Shown piece after piece: positions 51,547-62,700 of a stretch of 64,000 nt of DNA. The position numbers and the translations under genes are program-made. Positions within the stretch are counted from its first letter, which is position 1; the number at the start of each line of letters is the position of its first letter. The notes below the pieces were generated by a model, which was not told the origin of the DNA, made no database searches, and saw only the letters and a program-made list of their open reading frames with translations. Source of the DNA: a virus (taxonomy: Duplodnaviria > Caudoviricetes); the IMG/VR virus record IMGVR_UViG_3300011008_000010, positions 32,001 to 96,000 of that record; one strand, written 5' to 3'.

Positions 51547-52839
51547 ATGGCCGAGAGAAAGATAGCAGAAAACATAAAAGGCGCTGATGCAGAACCAACA
51601 AGTTGGTCGTTTGTTACCCCAGATACTTTGACTCCAGGCGCACAGGCAACAGTACAGAATTTGGGGACACCAACTCGACCAATCATAAAGTTTGGAATTC
51701 CATCTGGTTTGCAAGGCGCTCCAGGCTCGGCAGGTCGAAATGGGATCGACGGTCAAGATGGTGAATCTATTGTTGGCCCAAGGGGTAGAGCCGCAACATT
51801 GAAAATTAATTCTGTTGAGATGTTAGATTCAGATGCAGAACCAGAGGTTGAGAACATCGGTAATGAAACCGATGCAGAATATATTATAAGACTACCTCGT
51901 GCAGTTGGATCTATCCCAGATGAAGAACTTATAGAGAACAGTGATAATACGGTTCAATCAAAAGTAATACAAGAAGCTCTCAACCTTAAAGCAGATTCCT
52001 CTTCTATCCCTACAAAGTTATCGGATTTGGAAAATGATAGAAATTTTCTTTCAGAATCTTCTGTAGAAATTATGATAGAAGATGCGGTACAAGAAGCAAC
52101 AATGGCTGTAAATCCTGTAGACACAGAGATGTCGAATATTTCTCAAAACGCAGTACAAAATAAAGTTATCAACGCTGCTATTCAAGAAAAAGTCGGTATG
52201 ACAATTGAACCTGCTTTGGACGATAATGATGTAATGTATGGCGAAAGAGTTACATTTAATAACAGCGAAAGAGCAATATCTATGGTGCTTACCGGAGAAG
52301 ATATTGAGTCGGTTATTATTTATCAAAATCTTGCAGAACGCATTCCTACAATTGTGTCTGAATTGCCGACAGAAGGGAACACAGAGAAGTTGTATCTGGT
52401 TCCATCTGGAGACAACAATTATTCTATGCATATTTGGATGGAAGTTGACGAGGTTGAGAAATGGGTAAATATTAATAGCGGCGGAAGCGCAAAACCAACG
52501 TTTTTAAGAAAAAGAAAAGAGTTTAACTTGCCCGCTGCTTCCAGTACAATGATCGGGTCGATGTGTTCATATAGCTGGGATATTGAAGATACCAGTCTTA
52601 TACAGGAATTTTACGAAGACGGATTCAGTATAGTCGATGTATTGCCCGGTTTTGTAACCGTTACAAGATCTGAGAACGGAGTCGATTCTTACGATGGTCT
52701 TATTGTTTATACAGACTTTAAGAATGCCGAAGACGATGGCGTGTCTTCTATAAGTGTTTTTAATTGTAGTCAAAAAGACATTTATGTTGATTCCGACAGT
52801 AGTGTTTATTTGAACATTCTTTATATAAAAAATGATTAG
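51547..52839 (+). CDS. collagen-repeat tail-fibre-like protein
   Basis: GLQGAPGSAGRNGIDGQDG, FGIPSG, S.N.VQ.KVI twice, IVSELPTEG; ATG after AGGAGG. Confidence 0.75.
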   Translation: MAERKIAENIKGADAEPTSWSFVTPDTLTPGAQATVQNLGTPTRPIIKFGIPSGLQGAPGSAGRNGIDGQDGESIVGPRGRAATLKINSVEMLDSDAEPEVENIGNETDAEYIIRLPRAVGSIPDEELIENSDNTVQSKVIQEALNLKADSSSIPTKLSDLENDRNFLSESSVEIMIEDAVQEATMAVNPVDTEMSNISQNAVQNKVINAAIQEKVGMTIEPALDDNDVMYGERVTFNNSERAISMVLTGEDIESVIIYQNLAERIPTIVSELPTEGNTEKLYLVPSGDNNYSMHIWMEVDEVEKWVNINSGGSAKPTFLRKRKEFNLPAASSTMIGSMCSYSWDIEDTSLIQEFYEDGFSIVDVLPGFVTVTRSENGVDSYDGLIVYTDFKNAEDDGVSSISVFNCSQKDIYVDSDSSVYLNILYIKND

Positions 52840-53784
52840 GTGCTTAATATGTTTTTCCTAAACTCTCAATTCATCGGAGATGTTCATTCGATATGTCATA
52901 CTCCGATCGAATCAGACAATTTTAAAAATATTAAATTGCAGAATGCCATCTTCGACGCTTTCTCAATGACACATGATATATTTTCTACTCCGTCTTCGAA
53001 CTATAATAAGATTTGGGATATAGATACGATTCTTTATGCAGAATTTCAGAATTCTGTATCTGCCGGTTCTGTTGATTGGCAGAAATCTGATACCCCAATG
53101 TATCTGATCAAACGTAGGGAATCTGGCGGAGACGAAAATTCATGGATCACAATTGCAAAATACGATATTATAGATGGCGATTCTGTAAACGAAGCAGGCG
53201 TTGATTTCCTGAATGCTTCTAAAATTACATATGATTATGCCTTTGTCCCGATCAGGAACGGTTCAGAGGGCGAGTATATTATGAATACTGTATACTCAGA
53301 ATTTGATGGAATCGCAATCATGGAACAAGGAGAATACTGGTGGTCTCCTATTACCGATGCATTCGTGAATACAACAAGGAATGTCGAGAAAAACTTTAAT
53401 ACTATGCTTAACAACAGATATCCTATTTCTGTGACAAGAGCAATTACCAATTATGATTCTGGAGATGGTCATGGTATGTTCTTGCCGTTCAACGAAGAGG
53501 ATTGCAAGTTTGTTTCCGAAGATAGTGCAAGAGTTAAACACCAGAGAAAATTTATGGATTTTCTTACAAACTATCAGCCGAAAATTCTCAAGACATTGGA
53601 TGGCAGAATTTGGTTGGTCGATGTTGCACCAAGCCCTTCAGACCAAGCCAATGGGTATTATGATGAACGTTACGTCGATTTCACATGGCATGAAATTGGA
53701 AGATATGATTCAGAAAAGGATCTGTACCGCTCAAACTTGTTGAATGTAGAAGAAGAATTCTGGTCGCAGAACTATGCGGACTGA
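52840..53784 (+). CDS. putative distal tail/baseplate protein
   Basis: IKRR...W.TI, NYDSG, PKILKTLDGRIWLV, FTWHEIG. Confidence 0.6.
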   Translation: MLNMFFLNSQFIGDVHSICHTPIESDNFKNIKLQNAIFDAFSMTHDIFSTPSSNYNKIWDIDTILYAEFQNSVSAGSVDWQKSDTPMYLIKRRESGGDENSWITIAKYDIIDGDSVNEAGVDFLNASKITYDYAFVPIRNGSEGEYIMNTVYSEFDGIAIMEQGEYWWSPITDAFVNTTRNVEKNFNTMLNNRYPISVTRAITNYDSGDGHGMFLPFNEEDCKFVSEDSARVKHQRKFMDFLTNYQPKILKTLDGRIWLVDVAPSPSDQANGYYDERYVDFTWHEIGRYDSEKDLYRSNLLNVEEEFWSQNYAD

Positions 53785-53946
53785 AGATGCGGAGTTCACA
53801 GCTTTAATTGTGAAAATGAGAGGTTGGCAATACCGTAGGGCATACGGAAATTTACGCTTGTGGACTCTGTGTAAGACTAAAGGTGTGAGCCAATGCAGTA
53901 GAGGTTGAAGCAAGAATCCAGCTATTTTAATTGTGGGGAGTGTCAT
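53785..53946 (+). mobile_element. non-autonomous IS605-type mini-element: left hairpin plus omegaRNA-like right end (boundaries approximate)
   Basis: TTCACAGCTTTAATTGTGAA; CCGTAGGGCATACGG; GCTTGTGGA...GAAGCAAGAATCC; TTTAATTGTGGGGAGTGTCA. Confidence 0.7.
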
Positions 53947-55939
53947 GGCTACTTATTTTATTACTGACAAAGACATCGAACTTATTACGATGCAGAATCC
54001 AATTAAATATGTTGCACGTTTTGAAGTCTATGATTCAAACGAACAGATCATAGACGAAGTGGACGGCATTATCGAGGCTGGTGATTACTCTATCAGTTCC
54101 GATTCGGATGTGCGGAGAACGGTGTCTTTGACGATTGCACCCAGCCAGTTACATCCACATAATATGATCTTTGAAGAAGGCGGCAATATTTGGCTTGATA
54201 AAACCGTCCATTTAAAGATTGGCATTATTGATATCAAAACTGGAGATATAACATATTATTCTTCTGGATATTATGAGTATACGGATGTTAGTGGACACTA
54301 TGATGTGGCTACCAATAATTTAACAGTATCTTTGAATGATTTCATGGTTCTTTTAGACGGTACAAAGAACGGACAGATAGGTGCTTTATCTACTATTATT
54401 CCTGCTTACCAAGAAGATCCTACGACCGGAGAAGTAATCGAGTATAACTATATTAGAGATGCTATGGTTGCTGCGGTTAGTCAATTGGGAAAAGTCAAGG
54501 AATGCTATGTAGAGGATATTGGAGAAGCCTTTGGTACTGAGAGATTTAATCAGAATTTTGAGGAGTACAGACGCATTCATCCTTTGTGGGCAAGCGTACC
54601 GTATGATCTTGAGTTTGGAACAGGAACATCTGTTCTTGAAATTGTAACGAGTCTAAGAGATTTGTACCCAAATTATGAGGCGTTTTTCGATCCGATTTAT
54701 TATAACTCTTTTGTTTGCCAGCAGATACCAAGTTGTTTGGATGATAAACCTACATTTACAGATGATTTTATGCAATATGTTGTTATTTCTGAGGATACAA
54801 GCGTAGATTTAACGACAGTCAAGAACGTGTGCGAAGTGTGGGGGCAAATTATCGAAACAGATTTCTACACAGAAGACTGCGATATGTTTAATGACGTTGA
54901 AATCAGATGTAATGTGGCTGCTTACGATGAAGACTATAAGAACAATGATAAAATTGCCGTTATGATGCCGGAAGACAGCGAATCAGAGTTATATATCAAC
55001 GTCAATGAACTTGGCAGAGTTCCTATTTATGACAGAAATACCGATAAATTTTATGAAGCAGGAACGTTTTCTAAGAATTACGTATATGTATTTCAGATTG
55101 ATCGGTCTCGCATTGAGGGTGTAACTATTACCAAAGCATATTATATTGGCTCCTGGCAGGTTCATGCTATTGATGCGTTAGTAGATGGGTCTCATAATTC
55201 AGGAACACATACTTGTTCTGACGGCAGAATTGTACAGAAGTATAGCGAAGAATATTTTCAGGATGTTTACAATTGTAAAACGGTTCATTTAACGATCTAT
55301 CCTGATTCTCCGTATACGGTGCAAAAACTCGGAGAGTTATTGGATGTCAAAAGTGGTGATGAATATGACAATATTACGAGCGACTATCTTGCAGAGCAAA
55401 GAGCGATCTTTGAAAATTGGAGAAATTGCAGGCTTACAGATCATATTACTATTACCACTCTTTTGGTCCCATATTACGATGTAAATGTTAAGGTGAACTA
55501 CAGGCCGATAAGAGATGAAGAAGCGCATGACTATATCATTTCTCAAATTAGTCACAACTTTGATTCTCTCACTTCTACGGTCCAGATGTATCGTTTTTAT
55601 CCTTTGTACAACGAAGAAGAAAAGACTACATATGGTTATAAGGGATTGGATGAAAACTTCGTTTGTCTTGGATATCAATATGCTGTTGGCAGTATCTTTG
55701 TGCATGATGGTGAATTTGAAATGTGTGAAGAAGGCTTCCATTTCTGCTTGGATATGAACGATGCGTTTAAGTATTATCCTCCTGAACTTGGGAGTAGGTA
55801 TGCATATGTAAAAGCGTATGGACCGGTTGATGTATCTTTAGATGATACAAAAACGGTATGTAGAAAAATCGAAGTTATTAGAGAGATCCCTTTAGCGGAA
55901 GCAAAATATATTGCAAGACAGACAAAGGGGTTGGCTTAG
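53945..55939 (+). CDS. baseplate hub-like tail protein with an extra C-terminal domain
   Basis: SDSDVRRT, LDGTKNG, LRDLYPNYEAFFD, VKNVCEVWG; C-terminal GYKG..C.GYQY.VG..CEEGFHFC domain. Confidence 0.7.
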   Translation: MATYFITDKDIELITMQNPIKYVARFEVYDSNEQIIDEVDGIIEAGDYSISSDSDVRRTVSLTIAPSQLHPHNMIFEEGGNIWLDKTVHLKIGIIDIKTGDITYYSSGYYEYTDVSGHYDVATNNLTVSLNDFMVLLDGTKNGQIGALSTIIPAYQEDPTTGEVIEYNYIRDAMVAAVSQLGKVKECYVEDIGEAFGTERFNQNFEEYRRIHPLWASVPYDLEFGTGTSVLEIVTSLRDLYPNYEAFFDPIYYNSFVCQQIPSCLDDKPTFTDDFMQYVVISEDTSVDLTTVKNVCEVWGQIIETDFYTEDCDMFNDVEIRCNVAAYDEDYKNNDKIAVMMPEDSESELYINVNELGRVPIYDRNTDKFYEAGTFSKNYVYVFQIDRSRIEGVTITKAYYIGSWQVHAIDALVDGSHNSGTHTCSDGRIVQKYSEEYFQDVYNCKTVHLTIYPDSPYTVQKLGELLDVKSGDEYDNITSDYLAEQRAIFENWRNCRLTDHITITTLLVPYYDVNVKVNYRPIRDEEAHDYIISQISHNFDSLTSTVQMYRFYPLYNEEEKTTYGYKGLDENFVCLGYQYAVGSIFVHDGEFEMCEEGFHFCLDMNDAFKYYPPELGSRYAYVKAYGPVDVSLDDTKTVCRKIEVIREIPLAEAKYIARQTKGLA

Positions 55940-55948
55940 GAGGACGAT

Positions 55949-56278
55949 ATGAGTTATACCCACGAGTTGTCTAATTTTCCCAATACGCCTATTAATCTGC
56001 CAGAATTTAAAGATGTAGATAATACGGTCCGAACATTAGTGGAACAAGTTAGACAATACAGGATGGCAGGAAATTATACTGCTGCGGCAAATTTAATTCA
56101 ACAAAACAATGACACTCTTAGACAGTATAATTTTACTGCTGAAGATGTAAACAGGATTGTTGAAGACATCAGAAACACGCAGTTATATGTGCAATCGAAG
56201 AAACAGCAACTGTATTATACTGCAAGCGAAAACAATTTTGTCGGGTCAGACCAAGATATTTGGATTGGCCCGAATTAA
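55949..56278 (+). CDS. small tail protein
   Basis: SNFP..., GNY.AA and terminal DIWIG; similar to the N-terminus of the next gene. Confidence 0.7.
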   Translation: MSYTHELSNFPNTPINLPEFKDVDNTVRTLVEQVRQYRMAGNYTAAANLIQQNNDTLRQYNFTAEDVNRIVEDIRNTQLYVQSKKQQLYYTASENNFVGSDQDIWIGPN

Positions 56279-56292
56279 TGGAGGAGGCGGAT

Positions 56293-57207
56293 ATGCCGAG
56301 TTACAATAAAAATAGCGTATTCGCGGTGAGCAGCGCAGGAACCATTCCTAATAAGGTTGATGATCTTATCTTCTTTGAAGACATCAATAAAAATGAGATT
56401 GCTATTTGGAATGAGTTTGAGCGAATTATGTCTACGGGGGATTATGAAGCTGCTCACACTTATATAAAAGGATATGCGGAAGTACATGGATACTTTGGGG
56501 ATTTATATAATTTGATGGTGAACAGAATCAAGGCCGTTCAAAACTTTTTAGTTTTGAATGAAACAAATATAAATAATGCTACCGGAGTATTTGATTCTTT
56601 TAAAAAGCCTGAGATTTTTGTTTATCAACAAGAACCTGACACGCCAAAGGATATTATTAAAGACCAGGTATGGATTGGACCAAAAGGATATTTCGATGAA
56701 GACGAAGCAAAAGAAAGCATTAATAAATTAAAAATGACGTTGGGCAATTATCCTCCGACAACATTATCTATGACCTCGATATGGGGTACAGATATGAGTG
56801 TAGTAATTGATGAAGATGGATATGTTACAATAAATGGCGGCTCTGATTCGTTGACAAGTGCTCTTAATCTTAGGATTGGTCTTGTTCCAAAAGGAGTTCT
56901 TTCTAACGGAGAAATATGGTCATATTGGAATTATTATGTTTCTGGTAGTGTAGAGAATTATAAAAGCGGGAGTTTTGAATTTGATTGGTTTACGCCAGAC
57001 AACAAATCGAAGTCTATCACGCTGCCGACATCAAGAACTGCAAATATGCATGCCAATTTAATTTCTGTTGATGGCGACGACATGGTTGAATTATTCTTTC
57101 GTAAAAAACCGACCGAAATATATCATAATTTAAAAGTTGGTTTTATGATATGTAAGACTTCGGATACGTCGCCGAATCAAAAGTATGTAAAGTATGAAGG
57201 TGCATAG
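56293..57207 (+). CDS. tail protein
   Basis: ATG after GGAGG; GDY.AA and QVWIG shared with the upstream gene. Confidence 0.7.
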   Translation: MPSYNKNSVFAVSSAGTIPNKVDDLIFFEDINKNEIAIWNEFERIMSTGDYEAAHTYIKGYAEVHGYFGDLYNLMVNRIKAVQNFLVLNETNINNATGVFDSFKKPEIFVYQQEPDTPKDIIKDQVWIGPKGYFDEDEAKESINKLKMTLGNYPPTTLSMTSIWGTDMSVVIDEDGYVTINGGSDSLTSALNLRIGLVPKGVLSNGEIWSYWNYYVSGSVENYKSGSFEFDWFTPDNKSKSITLPTSRTANMHANLISVDGDDMVELFFRKKPTEIYHNLKVGFMICKTSDTSPNQKYVKYEGA

Positions 57208-57216
57208 GGAGGCAAC

Positions 57217-58320
57217 ATGGAACAAAAAACAATAACAGGACAGGCATTCCGTGTGCTTACCGATGCAGCCAACGGAGTGTTTCATAAAATTTCTTTGTGG
57301 ACGCATGCCAATGATGTCGAAATGGAAAATGGCGATACGCTTACCGTTGCTATGGAAGACAAATATAATCTTTCTAAAAATGCATTGGTAATAACATCTT
57401 TAAATGATCTCGAAGATGATACATTTGGACAGTTTGAAGTAGATCAGGATATGGGAAGTATTGTTGTAGGCGATGTTACTCTTACGTATAATTCAACACC
57501 ATACGGATATTTTTCTTACTCGTTTGGCAAAAGCGGAGTTGACAAGACAATATTCGTATTTGATTTAAGAAGGACAACTGCTTCATATATAACGCTTGGT
57601 ACGCCATTCTATGTGTTTACGAGGACTGCTGCAAGTGGTGGTTGGATGGGTCATTTGATGACATCTAAAAGAGAATTGAATGAACTTCAATATTATCTTG
57701 AACAGCAGATTGCAAGACTTGAAAGAATTAAACTTGGCTACTCCAGTAAAAGGATTGGCATTGCATCTCTTGATGACATTCCGATGAATGAAGTTGGTAA
57801 GGCGCTTATTACTCAAAGTAAAACAATTGGTTATTATGAGAAAGTATCCAATATTACGACTTACATTCTTGCTGGTGAGTATATGTATATGTCTCACGAG
57901 GACGAGAGACAGCATAAAACAATTGTAATGTTTTCCAATTCAAAAGGCGAAAGTGATCTTTTGATTGGTGGCGGCTATATTTGCACCAATACTGGCATGA
58001 CAGGTGCGCCCTGGATCATAACAAGGATTATCAGTCCTACCGACTTTTCTACAGACGAAACCGGTTTAAGAGAACAAATTGTTGCTTCTCTTACTGGACA
58101 GCTTTGGCCGGTAGGTGCTATTTATATCAATCTTACAAGAGAAAATCCTGGAAATTTCCTCGGAGGTACATGGAATCTTATTACGGAAGGCATTCTTACG
58201 GCAATTAAAGGAAGTCCGGAGCAAACAGGATATCATCAAAGAGACTTATACAAAGCCGTTCAAGATGAAGACCGGGGCGAACATTTGTATGGCGTATTTG
58301 CATGGCAACGCATTGCATGA
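57217..58320 (+). CDS. tail fibre/baseplate protein with gp10-like C-terminal domain
   Basis: WPVGAIYI...NPGNFLGGTW...WQRIA. Confidence 0.7.
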   Translation: MEQKTITGQAFRVLTDAANGVFHKISLWTHANDVEMENGDTLTVAMEDKYNLSKNALVITSLNDLEDDTFGQFEVDQDMGSIVVGDVTLTYNSTPYGYFSYSFGKSGVDKTIFVFDLRRTTASYITLGTPFYVFTRTAASGGWMGHLMTSKRELNELQYYLEQQIARLERIKLGYSSKRIGIASLDDIPMNEVGKALITQSKTIGYYEKVSNITTYILAGEYMYMSHEDERQHKTIVMFSNSKGESDLLIGGGYICTNTGMTGAPWIITRIISPTDFSTDETGLREQIVASLTGQLWPVGAIYINLTRENPGNFLGGTWNLITEGILTAIKGSPEQTGYHQRDLYKAVQDEDRGEHLYGVFAWQRIA

Positions 58321-58353
58321 GTAAACTACTCGGCTGTAAATAGTCGAGAATTC
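58321..58353 (-). mobile_element. IS200/IS605 end-like palindromic remnant
   Basis: GTAAACTACTCGGCT-GTAAAT-AGTCGAGAATTC; the reverse complement reads GAAT-hairpin-TAGTTTAC. Confidence 0.4.
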
Positions 58354-58383
58354 CCGCCCGATTAATTAAAGGAGACATATAAA

Positions 58384-59739
58384 ATGGCGACAGAAAGAAT
58401 AGTTATCGGTCAGGCACAAAGAATTCTGGTCGATGCTACAAATAAAATTTGGCATAAAATATCTACTTGGACTCATGCAAGCGACGTTGAAATGCCAAAT
58501 GGGGATCCGTTGAATGTGTTTTTGACGGATATGAATGACGATTTAAATGATAAACTGGACGGAAAATATAATAGTTACAACATTGGAACAACTGGGATCG
58601 CCAGTTTAGATGCTATTCCGGAAATCGGTTACAGCAGAATTCAAACGCTTAATGCAATTACGGCTGGGGAATACACATTGCCAGCAAATCATTACTGCTA
58701 TTGCTATTCGGGCAAAGATTCAAACAGTATTGAAAAAATGGCAGTAATGATTGATACGACTGATCTCACTTCCATTGTAATGTATATTGCTCATTATAGC
58801 ATTGAGGCAAGGTGGACTCTTACAAAAATCGCAACTCAGAAACAAATCGATAACTTACAAATGCAGATCGACAATCTGAATCAAGAGTTTAATGAATTAA
58901 ACCTGTTTGTCCAAACTTCTATGGGGACCATGAACGCATGGATTCAGGTGTTGCAAAATCAGATGGATTGGCTTGAAGCAGAGCTTGCAGAATTGCAGGA
59001 GCAGTTGAATGATTTGTTAAATGAGTTGAGAGATTTTAAAAATACAGTTAATGCAAAATTTGGGGAAATAGATAAGATTTTCAAGGGGCTTTATGGTGAA
59101 GTTGGTTCTATTTATCTTACAACAACCCCAACGATAAATGGGCAAATGGTATATGAGTTTTTAGAAGAACATTTTGGTGGAAAATGGGTTTTGGTACAAG
59201 ACGCTTATCTTTATGCTGGTCATTTTACCGGTCACGACGATGTGCCGGATGATTATATCGGAAATTCAGCAATGATAACTAAACCCGCAGAAGACAATTA
59301 TACAAAAATGCGAAATTGGAAAAATGTATTTTCGCCAGAATCGTCTGCTTCTTTTAAAGCAACAATGACAGATCGTATGGCAAGAAATTATTCCCAGATA
59401 TATCAGGGCGTTGATGAATTTAAAATTAATTTTTCAAATCTACCGCAACATACGCACAATTTTGACACGGATGATTTGAGGACTAGAATAAGTTCTTTTA
59501 GAGTAAAAGATGTAAATGATTTTAGCAGCTATTTTATTAATGAGCGATATATAAAGAAGGATGCGATCGGTGGAAAAGACGATGGGTATAGATTTGGTAC
59601 TTATGAAGAAGAAAAATTAATTGTGCCTGGTCAGTGGCTTACTACTACGGGATATATGTATAAAGGAAAAGACAATCCGGATTCGATTAAATTGAATCCA
59701 ACAAGATTCAAAGTTTATGTTTGGTGTAAGATTTCATAA
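58384..59739 (+). CDS. tail fibre/baseplate protein, paralog of 57217..58320
   Basis: shared N-terminus (GQA.R.L.DA.N...HKIS.WTHA.DVEM.NGD); coiled coil; VGSIY...FGGKW...VYVWCKIS. Confidence 0.7.
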   Translation: MATERIVIGQAQRILVDATNKIWHKISTWTHASDVEMPNGDPLNVFLTDMNDDLNDKLDGKYNSYNIGTTGIASLDAIPEIGYSRIQTLNAITAGEYTLPANHYCYCYSGKDSNSIEKMAVMIDTTDLTSIVMYIAHYSIEARWTLTKIATQKQIDNLQMQIDNLNQEFNELNLFVQTSMGTMNAWIQVLQNQMDWLEAELAELQEQLNDLLNELRDFKNTVNAKFGEIDKIFKGLYGEVGSIYLTTTPTINGQMVYEFLEEHFGGKWVLVQDAYLYAGHFTGHDDVPDDYIGNSAMITKPAEDNYTKMRNWKNVFSPESSASFKATMTDRMARNYSQIYQGVDEFKINFSNLPQHTHNFDTDDLRTRISSFRVKDVNDFSSYFINERYIKKDAIGGKDDGYRFGTYEEEKLIVPGQWLTTTGYMYKGKDNPDSIKLNPTRFKVYVWCKIS

Positions 59740-59766
59740 TAACATTATATTTTAGGAGCAGACCTC

Positions 59767-62700
59767 ATGGCAAAAGTAGGAAAAGTACAACAGAAAAGAT
59801 GGCATTTAGATGGCGGCATTGAGGTCACTTCTATTCAAGAAGACGGAGATCAGAAGCCGTCGATTTATTTAGGTAATTATAACGTAGACAACTCGCCCAG
59901 CCTCGCACTCGTTGCTTATACGGGAAGTTATTATGATCTTGTTGATTATCCGGATCTTAGCAATTTTGTTGTAGATGGGAATTATGTCCATACAGATAAT
60001 AATTTTACAGATGAAGATAAGGCAAAGCTTGGCAATATGTTTAATTATACGTTGCCAATTGCGACAGAGAAATTATTGGGTGGTGTAAAAGTTGGCGATC
60101 ATCTTGAGATGAGAAAAGATCCGAAAGATGATTCTAATAACCCGATAAAAGATAGGTTATCTGTAATAGAATCTGATTTTATTCAAGTTTTGAATCCTAA
60201 AAGCATCGTCACAAAGTTTAGCGACATCCCGTTAGATGCTGCTGGACAATTGGGCATTTCTCCAATATATGCGCCTATCGAAACAGACAAAGATGTTAAT
60301 GGATATTATATTCGTTATAACAACATGGCGTTTTTTTCTCAAGATCCGCAAACAGATACAAAGACTCTCAATGGTAAAACCATTAAAATTGAGCAGGAAT
60401 ATCTTTTGAAAGGTGGTCTTTGGTGGACAACAAAGAATGCCGGACAATGGATAAAAGTTCTTGACCAGTTCAACATCATATCTTTTAACGACCGCGTTGG
60501 AAAAGTTTATCCTGTTGGTATGGATGATTATCTCAATGAATCAGAAGACTATGATGCAAATATGGTCGGCGCTATGGCAAGAAGTGGCCATCCTGGTGTC
60601 TGGACGGTAATAAAAGATGAAGGACGTATTGTTCGTCAGTTTTGGAACGGTCAAACAATAGATTCTCTTAGAACCACTGATTCTGGCTGGGCAAGAATAG
60701 GTTGTCTAAAATGGGATTCGGAAAATAAAAGATTTAAGCCGGATCCCGTTAATTCTCCCACCGGAGGCATTATAAATGGTACATTTTGGAAGTTAGATGG
60801 ACTACCTACGCTACCAACATATTGTGCAAATCCATATTATCCTGATACATATCGCGGCAATGGAAAGGGTTCTTTTTTCTTTATGCCAGATGATCAGGAT
60901 CGTATCTGGGTAAAAAGAGGGAAAAATTGGGAGGATAACGGCTGGTTCTATCTTGAACAACTTCCAATTGCTACCAGAACAAGACTCGGCGGTATTATGG
61001 TCGGCGCAGGTCTTGATATAACAGAGACGGGCGTATTGTCTGTTTCCGGTATTGTTACATCGTGGACTGGCAAGCAAGGTGCAAGACGAGTCAATGAAGT
61101 AGTTGCCATGAATGGCGATTATGATGCAACAATGATTACATTCGGGAGCGAATGGTCAAATACTGCAAATGTAGATTACGAGTTAAAAAGGCTGTTATCT
61201 CTTATTAATACAAAGGCTCCGATTAATTCTCCGGCTTTTTCAGGCAGACCTACGACACCTACGCCGGGTCCCAATGATAATGGTACGCAAATAGTAAATA
61301 TTGCTTGGGTACGAAATCATGTTGCAACAGAGTTGCAAAATGTAGTTGGGTATACGCTGCCTGTTGCTACGACATCCACTCTTGGCGGTATTATCGTAGG
61401 AAACGGATTGTCAATAAATGCGAGTGGAGTGCTCAGTGTTAATTTACCAAGCGGAAGTGGTAATGTTGTTGTAGATACATCTCCTAACACATCCAGTCAG
61501 AATCCTATAGCAAATAGTGCTATTACGCAATATGTCAACAATGTTGATAATAAATTCGATGATTATGTATTAAAATTAAACGGAACCGCTCAAAATCTTA
61601 CTCTTACCGGAAATGCAAAATATGTAACTCTTGCAAAAGGTACGTCAAATGACTATTTAGCTACAACCAAGTTTGTAATGGAGGCCATTGACGAAAAAAT
61701 TTCTATTATAAATGATGGTAGTGGAGGTAGTAGTGTCGTCATTAACCAATATACTCTCCCTCCAGCAAGTGCAAGTACAAGAGGTGGTGTTAGGGTTAAT
61801 GGCGATGGAATTATTCTAAAGAATACGGATCAAATTACTGTTGATGTAGATTATTTAAACAATGGCAAGTTAAAATACATTCGTTCTGAAGAAAATTTAA
61901 ATATTGGTACGCTTAATAGCATTCCAATGAATTCCTCCGGCGTTACAAAATTATCTGCGGCATATGGTCCTACGTCTAAAGATATGACCGGGTATTATTT
62001 AAAATATAATGCTGGTAACAATGTTAGTTCCTATATTTTATGGTTTTGCGATTTTGAAACAAATGATAGTTATTATTTCGTGCATAAATCAGATAATGAA
62101 TATGCATGGAACAAAACGTTTTCTGTCGAGGGAAGTAGTAATTTTGAAGATTTTGATATAACAAAATATGCAAAATTGGACTCTCCTTCCTTTACAGGAA
62201 CTCCTACTATTATATCTGATTATTTAAATGATCCCGGATATAACGGATCTGGCATAGCAACTGCCACATTTGTTCAAACGGCTATCAGTTACAGACTTGG
62301 GCAACAAGATAAAGCATCGGAGTCCAAATACGGCATCGTAAGAATTAAACCAAATGGAGGGATTAAAGTTGATAATGGCGTCATAGAAATGGATGGCGTT
62401 GTATCTTTTAATGGTAGAAATGGCGATGTCGTCCCTGGATCTGATGATTATAATTCTACTCAAATTAAATATAGCGGTAACGTTTCCGGTTCTACTGTAA
62501 AAGCAGCGATTGATAATTTATGGTCAACAAAAGCTGCATCTAATAATACTAAACTGACCGGAGTTGCTACTTTAAATAATATACCAATTGCGACCCAAAG
62601 TTGGGTACAGGCATGGCAACCTATTGCAAGTACATCCAGTCTTGGCATGATTAAAATTGGAAATGGCTTAGAAATAGAATCTGATGGAACTTTGAAAACA

